A stretch of 64,000 bases of DNA from NCBI RefSeq assembly GCF_006345805.1, contig NC_042997.1:81034001-81098000 (forward strand), given 5' to 3'. This stretch comes from Octopus sinensis. Its lineage: Eukaryota. Below, piece after piece: positions 12,341 to 25,039 of the stretch. The notes beneath the pieces are model-generated. The model worked only from the letters and a program-made list of their open reading frames with translations, was not told the origin of the DNA and made no database searches. A program made the translations under genes and the position numbers. The stretch's first letter is position 1. Each line of letters starts with the position of its first letter.

Positions 12341-13033
12341 TGTGACAATATAATTGCCAGTGTAATAGCAGAGAAATTTCAGAAAACTGTTACCTTTACT
12401 GTCAACAAGGGGATTCTTTCTCTAATTGAAGGGTAAATTCAAACATGCATGACAATTTTATGTGAGAATTTGCAGAGACTGGAAAAAATGTGGTTAAGAT
12501 TTTCTGCTAGATGGGTAATGTAAGTGTTCATGAACAATAGAACACAAATGAGCTGAGAGAAAAACTAGCTCTGTAGAGGAGTGAATTACATTGTGCAAGA
12601 GAATAGGTTGTTCTATTACAAACATGTGATTTTATGGCAGTTGAGTAAAGAAGTGCCAAGAGATCCAAATGGGAAAAAAATTAGCAGAAGATGAATGAAG
12701 ATATGGTGCAGTCTAATCTCAGGATTGTGGACTTATGAAGGTGGTGAGGTATTCTGGAGTAGTACTGTCCAACTCATATTAGCAGCATACAAATATAGTT
12801 GTATTGGAAAGCTAAAACTATTTTGTTATATAGAATTTAATTATTTTTATGGAGCTATACATGTGCACACGCATGTGTACATGCAGGCGTGTGTGTGTGT
12901 GGATATGTATAAATTTAAGCTGAATAGCTGAAAATGTCATTGTTTTGAGTTTTCTTCTACTGCTCACTCATATGACAACTTGAGCAAAATGCTTATAAGA
13001 CATCAATTTCTTTTAAATTTATGAACATATATA

Positions 13034-13067
<34 letters not shown>

Positions 13068-13072
13068 TCTTA

Positions 13073-13255
13073 TATTAGTTTCAGTCATTTGACTGTGGCC
13101 ATGCTGGAGCACCACATTGAAGGGTTCTAGTCAAATAAATCGACCCAAGGACTTCTATTTTTTTTTAAGCCTAGTACTTATTCTATCAGTTTCTTTTCAT
13201 GAACCTTTGCTAAACCTACTGGGATGTAAATATGCCAACACTGGTTATCAAACAG
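13073..13255 (-). mobile_element. 3' half of a Meta-type SINE
   Basis: tttcagtcatttgactgtggccatgctggagcacc...cctagtacttattctatc is the reverse complement of the 34370-34470 segment. Confidence 0.75.
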
Positions 13256-13299
13256 TTTAACTCCCCTATCTTACTTTAAGGATCCCAATCATTTAATAC

Positions 13300-13393
13300 T
13301 ACATATATGGGCATATATAAGCAGATACCTGTGTGTGTGTAAATGTGTGTGCATGTATTTTTATGTATGTATGTATATGTATGTGGGTATATG

Positions 13394-13456
<63 letters not shown>

Positions 13457-13800
13457 TATATATACACACGCATATGTGTGTGTATATATATATATATGTG
13501 CATATATATGAGTGAGTGTATATGTATATATGTATACGTAAATACCTGTATGCATATGTGCGTGTGACTGTGTAAGCGCGTGTGCGCCTGCATGTATGTA
13601 TGTGCGTTTGCATGTATTTATATATGTATGCACATGCATATGCATGTATGAATACATTTACACATGCGCATGAGCATGCACAGGTATATATACATGTATG
13701 TGTATGTATATATATGTATATATATATATGTATATATATGTATGCATGTGTATATGTGCACATGTATATGTATGTGTTTGTGTGTGTGCATACATATGTC
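13300..13800. repeat. Compound (TA)/(TG)/(CA) microsatellite tract
   Basis: Directly visible. Confidence 0.95.
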
Positions 13801-14349
13801 ATTATACCTTCTTTCCTCCTCTCTGATTCCTACTTATCACACTAACCTATCACATACGTCTATTTATAGAAATTTGACATCCTTGTATTCTTCCCTCCAC
13901 TTTAAATTTTACTCCTAAAACTACTACTCACTTTGGTATCACCCCCACCTGTACCTTTTCTCTTCCCAACCCTTAATGCAGCCCTGCCATATCACCTCTA
14001 CTTGCATATCTCACACTTATTCACTCCTTACCTTCTCATCTCTTCCTATCTACTCCTTCCCCACTCCTTTCCCATCCTTCCATCCTCCCATCCATCCACG
14101 GCTCCATACTTTGAAATGACTGAACATGAACTACTATTGGAACTTACATCCCATGTACAGGAAGCTTTTTTACCACTTCTATATTCAATACACCACTTTA
14201 CTTGAATAATGGAACTGCAACTACAATATTTTATATTTTATTTCTACATTCGTTCTCTTATTTCTTTCTATATTCCCTATCTCCTCCTTTTCCATAATAA
14301 TTCCTTATTTTGAACTCAAATATTTACCTCTATTTAACCATCTCACATT

Positions 14350-14397
14350 GTCCCTGATAAAGGGATATCCATAATATCCCAGAAACAGCTGTAAGAC
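14350..14397 (+). ncRNA. Minimal type-I hammerhead ribozyme motif (G8>A)
   Basis: GUCC CUGAUAA A GGGAUAU-CCAUA-AUAUCCC A GAAA CAGCUG UA AGAC: 7-bp stem II, palindromic stem III ACAGCUGU, GUA triplet. Confidence 0.7.
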
Positions 14398-14483
14398 TAT
14401 ATCTATATCTTTTTCCTTATAAATGTCCTGAAAACTCCCCACAGCCTTGTCTTTGTTATCTCATTTTGTCTAATATATATATA

Positions 14484-15674
14484 CAAGGGGTTGGACAAAA
14501 TAATGGAAATACCAAACATCATAGCATCATAATCTTGAAATATCTATAAAACCATCAAAAGCTTGTTTATTTTTATGTTTTTTGAATTATTATTAGAGTT
14601 GCTTAATACATTTTGCTAAAATTGCTGTTTCTTTTCTGATATCATCAGAAAACTAATTAAAATGACAGATCTATTGGACTTTCAAAGAGGTCAAATTATT
14701 GGTGCTCATATGGCAAGTGCTAGCGTAATGAAAACAGCCGAAATGTTTGGTGTGTCAAGAAGTATTGTCTTTGAAAGTAATTACAGCCTTTGAGAAAGAA
14801 GGAAAAACATCCTTGTTGAAACAAAACTCTGGAAGAAAACCAAAACTTTCAGATTGGACTCATGCGAATTGTTAGAAAAGATCACAAAAGTACAGCTCCC
14901 AAAATTACTGCAGAGCTTAATGACAACCTCGAGAACTCAGTTCCCACAAAAACTGTTCACCAGGAGCTGCACAAAGCCGGATTTCATGGGAGGGCTACAA
15001 TCAGTAAACCACTTCTTTCAAAAGCAAATGTTGCAAAGCATTTAGAGTGGATGAGTCATCCTTTACCTTATTTTCAACCAATAGTATACATGTGGAGACA
15101 GCCAAGAGAAGCATTTGATCCCGACTGCCTTCTCCCAACTGTTAAACATGGAGGAGGACCTATGATGATCGGGGGGACTATATTTTGGAACTCCACTGGC
15201 CTAATGGTTTCCCTTCATGGTAGCATTAACAGTCAAGACTATTTAAGCATTTTACCTGATCAAATTCATCCTATGGTTATGGAACTGTTTCTGGAGGGAA
15301 ACGCAATCTTTCAGGATGATAATGCACCAATTGAAACAGCTAAAGTTGTTACTGAATGGCATGAGGAACATTCTAGTGAAGTTGAACATTTCATCTGGCC
15401 ACCACAGTCCCCAGATCTCAATATTATTGAACATTTGGGGTGCATTTTAGAAAAACAAGTATGGAGTCGATATCCTCCACCATCATCACTACAAGAACTA
15501 GAGACTGTTTTAACTGAAGAATGGACGAAAATTCCTTTGGAAATAATTCAAACTTTGTACGAGTCCATACCTCATGGAATTCAAGCTGTAATTACTGTCA
15601 AAGACGGTCCTACTGCATATTAAAATAAATTTGCTTGAATTTTAAGGTGTTTCCATTATTTTGTCCAACCCCTG
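14484..15674 (+). mobile_element. Tc1-like DD36E (Incomer-type) transposon, both TIRs present, transposase defective
   Basis: About 29-bp TIRs (CA(A)GGGGTTGGACAAAATAATGGAAA(T/C)ACC) with TA on both sides. Transposase starts MTDLLDFQRGQIIG at about 14662. D-(36 aa)-E spacing in QDDNAP...SPDLNIIE. The first catalytic DES lies out of frame after a deletion near 15048. Confidence 0.9.
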
Positions 15675-16093
15675 TATATACATGCTAATACAAGACCAAC
15701 ATTAGATTCCTCACTCGTATCATTATCAAACCAAGTATTTAGCTACAGTCTTAATGTTAACTGCCACTCTTTGGATCTTCTAGATACCAATACCTCTCAT
15801 ATCCCCACTATATATATATATATATATATATATGAGTTTGTATTATTATGTATAGAAGAATATATTAATTAATGAAATTCCAATTTAGTCTGATTTTTAT
15901 GTTTTATTATTTGCAATTTTTTACAGTTTTACAATATTGAAATGAACTAGCACAACAGTTATCAATTGTGAAACACAACTGCCATTACATAAACCTGATA
16001 AAGTACTAGTTTATTTCAATATTGTAAAATTGTAAAATTGTAAAAATTGCAAATAACAAGATGTAAGTTGGAATTTCATTTATTAATGTGCAT

Positions 16094-16166
<73 letters not shown>

Positions 16167-16639
16167 TATGTGTGTGGGTGTAAGTGTGTGTACGCATAGT
16201 CTGTGATTTGAAAGAGACTGGACTGCTATTTCTAGTACATCTAGTTTAAATATGCCACCTTAAAAAGGGCATATTTTCTACCAATATTAGCTTTATATAT
16301 GGGATTAAATAGCGCATGTATGTACTGGGAAAAAGAAAGAGTAGAGAAAGGGAGAGAGGGAAGAAAAAGACTGTTAGAGATTTCACTAAAGTAATTGCAC
16401 TTTTGCTTGTTTGAAAAAGCATTACATTGCCACATTAAACCTCCACAATTGTTTTTTGGTTACTGTTTGTGGTTACAGGAGGGTTGGAGGAGGGGAAAAA
16501 ATGAAAGGGATTTTTATTTTGCTTTATCATTTTCTAAATTAAAAATGAAATTTAAAATAAATCTCAATCATGGTGGATATTTGTTTTTAAATAACACCTT
16601 GAAATCTTCTGAATTTTCATCTGGTCTACACCGCAGGAT

Positions 16640-17600
16640 ATCATTCCTAAAACTGATGGACATTGTATCAAGCATTATATTGTTAGCAAAGTGAGAGTAA
16701 ACAATGTGTTAGGCGAGAAATTTAACGTCCTATAAATTGTTAAACTCCATGCTTTAACAAAGGACTTCCAGTTGTCTTTGAAAACTCCTGTATGCTAACA
16801 GTCTATTTCTCGTAGAACAAAGCTTTGAAACATGGAAGTAAGGTCCAAAATTTAAAGGGTTAGAGGTTGAACTTAGTTCAGCAGTAACTCCTCATGCCAT
16901 CTAGGAAGTAATCATGCTTGATATACAGAAAAGGAATATGTAAGAAGTGAATTGTGAGGTCATGGATTTATTTACTCTGCTCGTGACCCCTTTAAAATAC
17001 AATCAGATTATAACAAGAAGGTTTTTCTGTATAGATTAGAACAATTTGTTTGTTACATTAATAGGAAAGGTGTTCATACAATACAATTAATAATAACAGT
17101 AAGATGAACCAGCATAATATGACATATAGGGAAAGTCTGTTAGAGGACCTTCTAAAGATCAGTGACACATGCAAGACAGCAGTGATCAACAATGAACTGT
17201 TATGACTCCTACAACATCCCAGGAAATGAGGTACTCAAATTAGGGGACCCTTCATGAAAGAAAATATACCTTTTTCTGGCAAGGGAAAGGTATATTTCCT
17301 TTGCCAGAAAGGTATATTTCCCTTGAAGCTAGAGAGCATGGTGTCAGCTTTGCCATGAGAAAACTCTCTACTGAGGTTGTTCAATTGCACACTTTTGATG
17401 GGTCTGTCAACCTTATCAGTGTTTATGCACAAAAATGGACTTACAAGGTTTGTATAAGAGTTATGACACTCAGTGATAATGACATATTGGTGGAGGCTAG
17501 AGTAGAAATTGAGAGCACTTGAATAATAATGAGTTGCACCTCATGTTTGATGAACAATGTTAACTTTCAAGAAAGACCACTGGAAAAGTGAGTTAGGTGA
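16640..17600 (+). pseudogene. Highly decayed RTE fragments (RT segment about 16640-16880; AP-endonuclease segment about 17240-17600)
   Basis: KVRVNNVLGEKFNV...FETWK.GPKFKGLEV resembles RTE KVRVGNEYSEEF...FQVWKQGLESKGLRV; HGVSFA...NLISVYA resembles the APE GVG...IISAYAP. Confidence 0.5.
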
Positions 17601-20519
17601 AAAATGGCCAAATATGAAAGGCCAAAGTATTGATAAATGACAAGTTCAGTGAACAGGCATGCAATGTTGAATGAATGATGTATGTTGAATGAGAAAAACT
17701 CAAGCTGAATTGACACTATAGGGAATTGGTTGTTGTGGAAAATCAAAGATAATTTTGAAAGAAAATTATGTTATTCCTGAAAATGCTGATCCTCACAAAC
17801 TAAATGACTCAGAATTAAAGCAGAAGAGGATGTTGTGTATTAGAATCTCATTCAGATAATATTAGAATTTAAAAATTATATAAGCCAGGGCATTTTTTTT
17901 GAAAAACTTTCTTAGGACTCCTACACTTTGGATGGCGATTGTGAGTGTGCAAAGGGAAAAAAATTTTAACCCCCCCCCTTTGTGTTTTTGATTTTGTTTG
18001 CTTTAAAGAGATCGTGGCGAATTGATGAACATATGCAGATAGGAACATTGAAACAAAGTATCACCATCTCAAACAAGGAAGGACTCACTGAATGATGTAG
18101 TTTTAGATATCACAGAAAAATTGGGATGCTCATGACTGAATAATTAGCTTGCTCAATCAAAGCTGGCCATCTGATGTGTATCATTCCTAATCTGATAAAG
18201 TTTTCCTTGAGAGTTCCTTCCTCACTTGCAGCATGAGATCAGTGAATTACCTGAGTAACTTCTTTGATAACTGCCCTGTGCATATCATAGAATTTTCGTG
18301 ATAGAAAAACAAAAGTAGCTTCCTGTAATTTTTCTTTGTGTATCTTTACAAGACTGAGTACTTAGAATGTAAATAGTTAGGGTTGTGAATGACACTATAT
18401 TTGGTGACCTTAATATATTTACAACTGATAGTTACTAAAGACAATGGTGTGACCATATCATTAGACATGACACAAATTTCATCCAATGTGCCACAAAACA
18501 GAAACACTGTCATACACTGACAGCTCTATAAAAAAAAGCATCTGGTTATCATGTACAGTATATATTCCATTTTGAGTTCTCTGTTGTAGTTTAAAGATGT
18601 ATTTTATAACCAAAAACAAAAAAACACCTTAGTAAAATAAATAGATTAGTCAGAATATTCTATAAATGATATTTAATTAACCTGCTTGGAAGCAGATTAT
18701 TCCTTCAATAGATTTGTTTAGAAATCTAATAAAAACCCAGACGTGACAAAATGCTATTCTTGTCCCCCTCCATAAAAACATTTTTAAGTCAATATTATTT
18801 TAAATGATGCAGATATGCATACATGAGATAATAATATATATGCAATATATGGGATAAACTGACTTCAATAAGACTAAACAGTGTGTATAGCAGCACAAAT
18901 GATAAAGTTCTGTGGTACAAGGCATACAGATGATGAAAGTAGGTGTGTAGTGTTTGAAAATAGTCACAGGTACTGTGGACAGAAGTAGCCATAGTGAAAT
19001 ATATTGGACAGTGGTTCTAATCTGAATTGTTCAACAAGAGGTTTTTTTTGTTTGAATTTTGTAGCTATAACAACAGCTTTGTAATATCCAAAGCCAAAGC
19101 TGTAAAAATGTTTTAAAATACCTATATCTAAGAAAGTCAGCTTTTTTCCTGAAGGATCTGCTGACAACAAAACTTTGATGCTGTTTACTTCAGAAGAGGT
19201 GGTTGAATGTCATTTACTATTTATTACCATTTATAGCATTGTCAGTATTTGCCAATGTTAGCAGTATGAATAAAGTTACTAACACTTCAGCTTTTGGTTG
19301 ATGATATTTGATCATATTGTAACTGTTTACAGCAGTAGTGTTTTTATTCAACTAAAATTTATCACTGTTTAATTACTCTGTAAAACCCAAGCAATTTTCT
19401 AGGTTTGTATTATTAAGATATTTATCAAAACTTTGGCTGTTTCATTTAGTTGAGTTTAATTTCCTCTGGGTCTAGATTTTATAGATTTTAGACTGTTGCC
19501 AACATTTGGTAATTTTTTTTATTACTTTCATAGAAGTAGTCAAAATAACTTCTGACTTATACCATTCAATACACACAACCATACTCACCACTTGTTTTTT
19601 TCAGATTCCTGTTTCAAATAGGTATCACTCTTTTGAAAGTCAGTGTCTTAGGCATCATAAGCAAATTCTTCCACAAATACTTCAACAAGTCCTTACTTTT
19701 CTTAATATTTCTTGAACATGAACATTGTATTTTTTATCAGTTCTATAACTTATTACTTGATATTCAGCACATCATGCTAAATGACTATATTTGTCACTAT
19801 TGTAAGAAGTCACTAAATATTTGTTCAGGTCTAGTAATGAAGTCTTACAGTAAAGTATTCATCCAAGTAAAGCTGGGGTTAGTTATTCAACTGAATAACT
19901 AAGTCTCATGATTAAACTCATAGACATTTTAAACAGTATCATATATGATACAGCATATAAAACATGCAAAGTTGCAATAATATGTATGTTATAAATAGCT
20001 TGATTGCATCCCTGTTTTAATTTGCTGGGTACTTATTACCATTTTATGATGCTCAGTGATTTATGAATATTGTATTTTATAGTATTTATAGGTTCTTTAG
20101 AGTTACATAAAACTGTTTCTGTATAGTTGCAGGAATTAGGCATTAGATACTACTGCATCTTAACCAAGACACTTAGTTCTTTACTACTGAGTCTATCGAA
20201 CTTTAAATAGATACTGCACTGTAAAATTGGTGAAGGGTTTGTAAGCTTGCAGAGCCATAGTCAATTCTTCCTGCAGACAAATTTGCCTGCAGTACATGGA
20301 AGTTTAACTGAGTAGGATATATGTTCATCCATTGTCTGAGAAATGTGGGATACACTTCATAGAATATAGGGGTCTATAAAGGGTTAGACAGTTTCAATAC
20401 TACCATAGTTGCTGGAAGTTATATTGTAATCATATTATATTATATTATAATCATGATAACTGCTAATGGGGAGTGGAACATAAAGGTATGTTTGATTACA
20501 AACAAAGCAGCTGTAAGTC

Positions 20520-20624
<105 letters not shown>

Positions 20625-21076
20625 GTATGATATCCACAAAAATGGGACAATATATAAAGTGTGGGGTTTTATTGTCAGAACAATTGCAGTCAAAGAAAAT
20701 TATTAGATTTATTAGATTTGCAGCAAAATCAGTTTATCTAAATTTTATATTTATTATAACAAATAAATTACGAATTAATACATTAAAATTGCATTTCTTT
20801 TGTGTGTTATATATGTAATTTTTAAAGTAGTTTATGTTCCTCTCTTAAATTTTTAAATGGGAAGATAAATGTATTGAAAAGTATTGATAGTAAAGGGGAA
20901 AATATTGCCATTATTTTGTTCTGAAAATTAGTTCTATTGCATATAATAAAGAGATGAGACATACTCTATTATTTCTAGTTATGTAATTGATTATAAAAGA
21001 ATCATAATGAATGCAATATTTAGGCTTTATAATATGGTTTCTTTTGGCAAGATATTGATTATATTATTATTTTTAG

Positions 21077-21123
21077 AGAGACAAAATGGCTGAATCGATA
21101 AGAAGATGCTTGCCCACATTGTC
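21077..21123 (+). CDS. Candidate 47-nt host-gene exon: (RDK)MAESIRRCLPTL(S); first coding exon or internal exon
   Basis: Acceptor attattatttttAG at 21075-21076, ATG at 21086 in aaaATGG context, donor TC|GTGAGT at 21124; sits in a long repeat-poor unique tract. Protein not recognised. Confidence 0.5.
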
Positions 21124-21980
21124 GTGAGTTTACTATGTTTCTGAGCAAAACATTCAGCTCTACTCATATATTGCTTTAAGTCTAGTTAAGGATTTGTATG
21201 GTTTTATAGTCTGATTAAGAATGAATTATTTTGGAAATTATATCATTTAAAAGAATGACTGAGTAACCAAAATATTGGTTAAAGAATAAGAAAGCAATTG
21301 TTGTATTTGTATGGAATGGCTGACATATTGACTAAAACATTTGAGTTTGTGAAAGTAAGTCTAGAAAGCATTTGTTCAAGGATGAAGTGAAATGAATTAT
21401 TATGATCTGTATATTAATAGATATAATAAATGAAAACAAAAGTTAGCTGAAGCAAGCTGATTGCAAAAAGTGATACATCAAAATCTCAGCCTTCACCAAA
21501 TCAAGAGATTTAAAAAAGGTTTCTTTGCTTAGACTAACCTCATCAATTGTCACTAATAACTATTTGAAACCATAACATGTAAAGAACAAACAGTAATAAA
21601 AAAAAAAGACACCAAAGCATACATGTTTGGGAATAATTAAAAAAATTTCATCTCACACTCACAGTGAAGGCTACCAGATAATGTAGGGGCCCCATTTGAT
21701 AAATCATTAACATCAGCCTTATTTTACAAATGCTTTTTTCATGCTAGAATAAGTTAGAGAATTTTTGGAGTTACTATTTTGCTCATTCTCTCTCCCGCAT
21801 CTTTTAGTCACCTCTTACAATATCTAAGATACACACAGTAAGGAGTCATATATTAAATGTTGTTAATAACTAAATATTAAATAGCTAATAATTAGTAAAG
21901 AACAGTGTATTATCCAATCAGCATGGAGCATATATAAGACATCAATAGAGGTTTGTAAGGTTTAAAAATTCATTCTGACA

Positions 21981-22200
21981 CTGCCTATGGGTATAGTGTA
22001 GTGGATAAAGGTGCTGGTAGTACAGTCAACTAGAGGTTCTGAGTTCAATCCCAGGCGAGGCAGTAAGGTGAATCACAAGACACCTAAAGAAAGGTTGGAG
22101 TGCACACAACCAAAATGCAATGAAAGCAACAATCAAAACGAGAACACCTCTATAAATAATACATAATATTAAAAATTCCTCATATCAGAAATATAGACTT
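21981..22200 (+). mobile_element. tRNA-headed SINE-like element with a decayed hammerhead-like 3' part
   Basis: Head CTGCCT...AGGCAG (21981-22063) pairs end to end and has an A-box TAGTGTAGTGG and a B-box GAGTTCAATCC. Downstream: CTAAAGA-AA-GGTTG...CAACC-AAAA (22084-22115). Confidence 0.55.
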
Positions 22201-23109
22201 GTATTAACAGTGCACAAAGTTCAGCAGTGATTATACAAAAATGCACAGGAAGCCAAAACAAATTATGTCTCCAAGAAAATAATTTCAGTCTCAGCTAACA
22301 TTTATGATTTTTACAACTATTCCAATCTCTGCAGACATTTATGATTGCTTGAGGCTTGGAAGTCGTCTTTAACAAACTGAAATCAACCAAAGCATAATCT
22401 TCATGGCTTAACACTTTTATAATATTATATAGAATAAACCCAAATAAATGTACTACTTGGACTAATTGAACAGTTGGTTTGTTTTATGGCTGGATAACTT
22501 TGTATAGTTGTAGTGACATTTAAATAAAAGGAATCATAGAAGTTTTTCTATGGTTTAGAACACAATTGAATTATCTGCATAAGTTGCTTCATACTTATTT
22601 CAATATAGAAAAAAGTAGGAAAGAAATAAAAATATGAAAGCAAAACTGGCTGAGAGCCCATTTGAATAAGAAAGAATTTCCTCAAAATTATTTCAGTTAT
22701 TTTAGGAATAACAAAACTTGAATAAAAAATATCCTCAGCAAAATCTTATATTTTTCTCATATTTTCTTTGGATTTTTCACTGAAGTATTACTAAATATAT
22801 TACAAAACTTACTTATTCAGCATTTCATAGTGCTTTGACAATTCTGGGATTTTTTTAAGAGGGAGAGATATAAAACACTAATGTTCATAAATCTTGTGGA
22901 GAAACTTAAAAGGCTGACAAGTTATTGAAGGCACATAGATATGGTTACTTGATTAAGTAGAAATAGCTGTCAAATGTTCATGATATTATACTCTACCATT
23001 TTAAAAAAGCATAACTTACTGAATAACATAACTTGTTTAGAGTGTCATGGCTGGAATGTCTTTGGTCATAGATTTAATCAATCTGAGCCAACTTAAAGTA
23101 AAACAACAA

Positions 23110-24500
23110 CACCCAGCTTCTCAAACATCAACCAACTATTGACCTTTTTGCAGAGCCTTTCCCTTCCATTGCAGTTCCTCCCCTATCAGCTTGGTGCTCT
23201 CTAGGTGCCCCAGTCATTGACCTTGCCTTCAAGGCCATCTTCCAGTCGAAGGTGGCTGCTCTTGAGCAATTTCTGAAAAATATTGTATCTATCAAACCCC
23301 ATCAAGATTTTTTCATACTAAGGAATTACCTCTTGATCCCTAAGCTTCTATGTTTACTCAGAGTCAGCTCATCTTACCGATTCCCATCGTGCCTCCAATG
23401 CTTCAACAACCTAATCTTTGAGAGACTCGAATGCTTAGTCAATGTCAACTCTCTCCAAAGTCCTGCAATCAGGCTGCATTGCCCAAGCGATTTGGAGGTC
23501 TGGGTCTTTGTAAGTGTTCGACCCCCTCTCTCTCCCCTGCTTCCTTTCCTCCACCCACGCCTGCTCCACCATGGTGAGCAACATCCTCTCCTCTCCAGCA
23601 TGAATCAGTTCCAACAGGGAGTTGAATGAAACTCTCCAACACTGGAGGGAATTGGGCTTATCTGCTCCTGAGAAGGTGGAGGATGTTGGAGTCAGAGAGC
23701 TTGGGACAACATAATTTTGAAGGCCACCTTTGACTCTCTCTTCATCCAGTCAGACCAGTTTTTAAGGGGCTGCTTACTGTTTGCTAGTGCCAAATACTAA
23801 GGTGGCTGGATTGATGCCATCCCTGTGGCTAATGTTGGTGGCCTACTCAGCTCGGACAAACTTCGTGTCTCCATTACCCTCAGAGTGGGAGCTGGCATAT
23901 GCTTGGGTCTTATCTGTTGTTGTGGCAGGCTCCTCGATTCCACTGGCCTCCATGGCCTTTCTTGCTGCCTGAAAGCTGGTTGCTTCGCACATCATATGGA
24001 GCTGAACCTGATACTCAAGAAGTGCTTGGCCCAGGCAAACATCTCCTCCATCTTGGAACCATCTGGATTATCCAGATGTGATGGGAAGAGACCTGATTGT
24101 ATCACTCTGTGCCCCTGGTCACAAGGCAGATGCCTTGTCTGGAATGTCACAGTTAACGATTTCTTTACTTCTCACATCCTGGTTGCTGTGGTCAGGGTGA
24201 GATCCACAGCTTCTATGGCTGAGCAGAATAAAATCCTGTAATACCTCAATCTGTCGGCCAACTACATTTTCCATCCTATGGTGTTTGAGACATTTGATGG
24301 GGTCAGACCACTAACTGTGAGATTCCTGTCTTCACTGGCAACTCACCTTGCAGAGGTAACTGGTGAGGCTTGTGAGGGTGCTTGGCTGTTCCAGTGTATC
24401 AGCCTCACCATCACACGGGGCAATGCTGCAAGCATGCTGGCATGTCTCAATAGCCATAAGAAAGGTTTCCCAGTGCCCCAACTTTTCAACCCAAGGTGGT
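23110..24500 (+). mobile_element. CRE-clade non-LTR retrotransposon, 5'-truncated and degenerate
   Basis: LGAP...IPKLLCLLRVS...RFGGLGL; knuckle CCCGRLLDSTGLHGLSC; REL motifs DGKRPDCITLCPWSQGRCLVWNVT, FHPMVFETF; C-terminus SLTITRGNAASML. Confidence 0.8.
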
Positions 24501-25039
24501 GAATTGTTTTGTTTGTTTTCTTTTTTCTCTTTTCTTTTTCTCTCTTTTCTTTTTCCTTTTTAATTTTTTCATCTGTGTTCTCTGTTTTGTCCAGTTTTCT
24601 AATTTGATTTTGTAAAATGGTAAACACTGTGATGGCAATTTGCCTACTAAAAAAAAACTTAATATTGGTGTTCTTTAGCCATAAATACCAAGATTTGTTA
24701 TAAACTCGCTGAACTCACTATTATAATTTTAGTTCTGTTTACCATAACCACTTGAATGTAGACAGCAAGGACTTCCAGCTGTACTAGCTTAAATTCTCTT
24801 CCCAACTCTTTTAAATGCTTCTACTGGTTCCTTTGCTCTTTGAACTCCTCTAGACAATGGAAGTTGTTTGACTATTTCTCATATACATTTAAAATAGATA
24901 TTTCCCTACATCATTCCTTGAAGTCACCACCCACAATGACTTCAAATCACACAACTTGATGCTTGTCTCTCTCCCATGCCAACACCACTGGTCCATCCAT
25001 CCATCCATCCATCCATCCCAGCGAACAGGTAACACCCCA

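Larger units (their letters stand above)
13950..15810 (+). mobile_element. Non-coding PLE-type terminal-repeat element, copy 1 (interrupted by a Tc1 at 14484-15674)
   Basis: 14095-14475 aligns closely with 25412-25795. Similarity continues on the far side of the Tc1 (15681-15810 vs 25805-25940) and more weakly upstream. Contains a hammerhead motif. Confidence 0.7.

Noticed and set aside
14862-15623. 253-aa ORF as an intact, active transposase
   Set aside because: The N-terminus is frameshifted off and the first catalytic D (DESSF) is in another frame after a deletion; the ORF is a chimeric remnant.
19605-19621. 17-nt microexon candidate (tttttcAG...AG|GTATCA)
   Set aside because: Splice-like motifs are frequent in AT-rich DNA; no supporting frame or partner exon.
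21981-22063. Functional tRNA gene
   Set aside because: D and anticodon arms do not fold into a canonical cloverleaf, there is no oligo-T terminator, and it continues into repeat sequence; treated as a SINE head.
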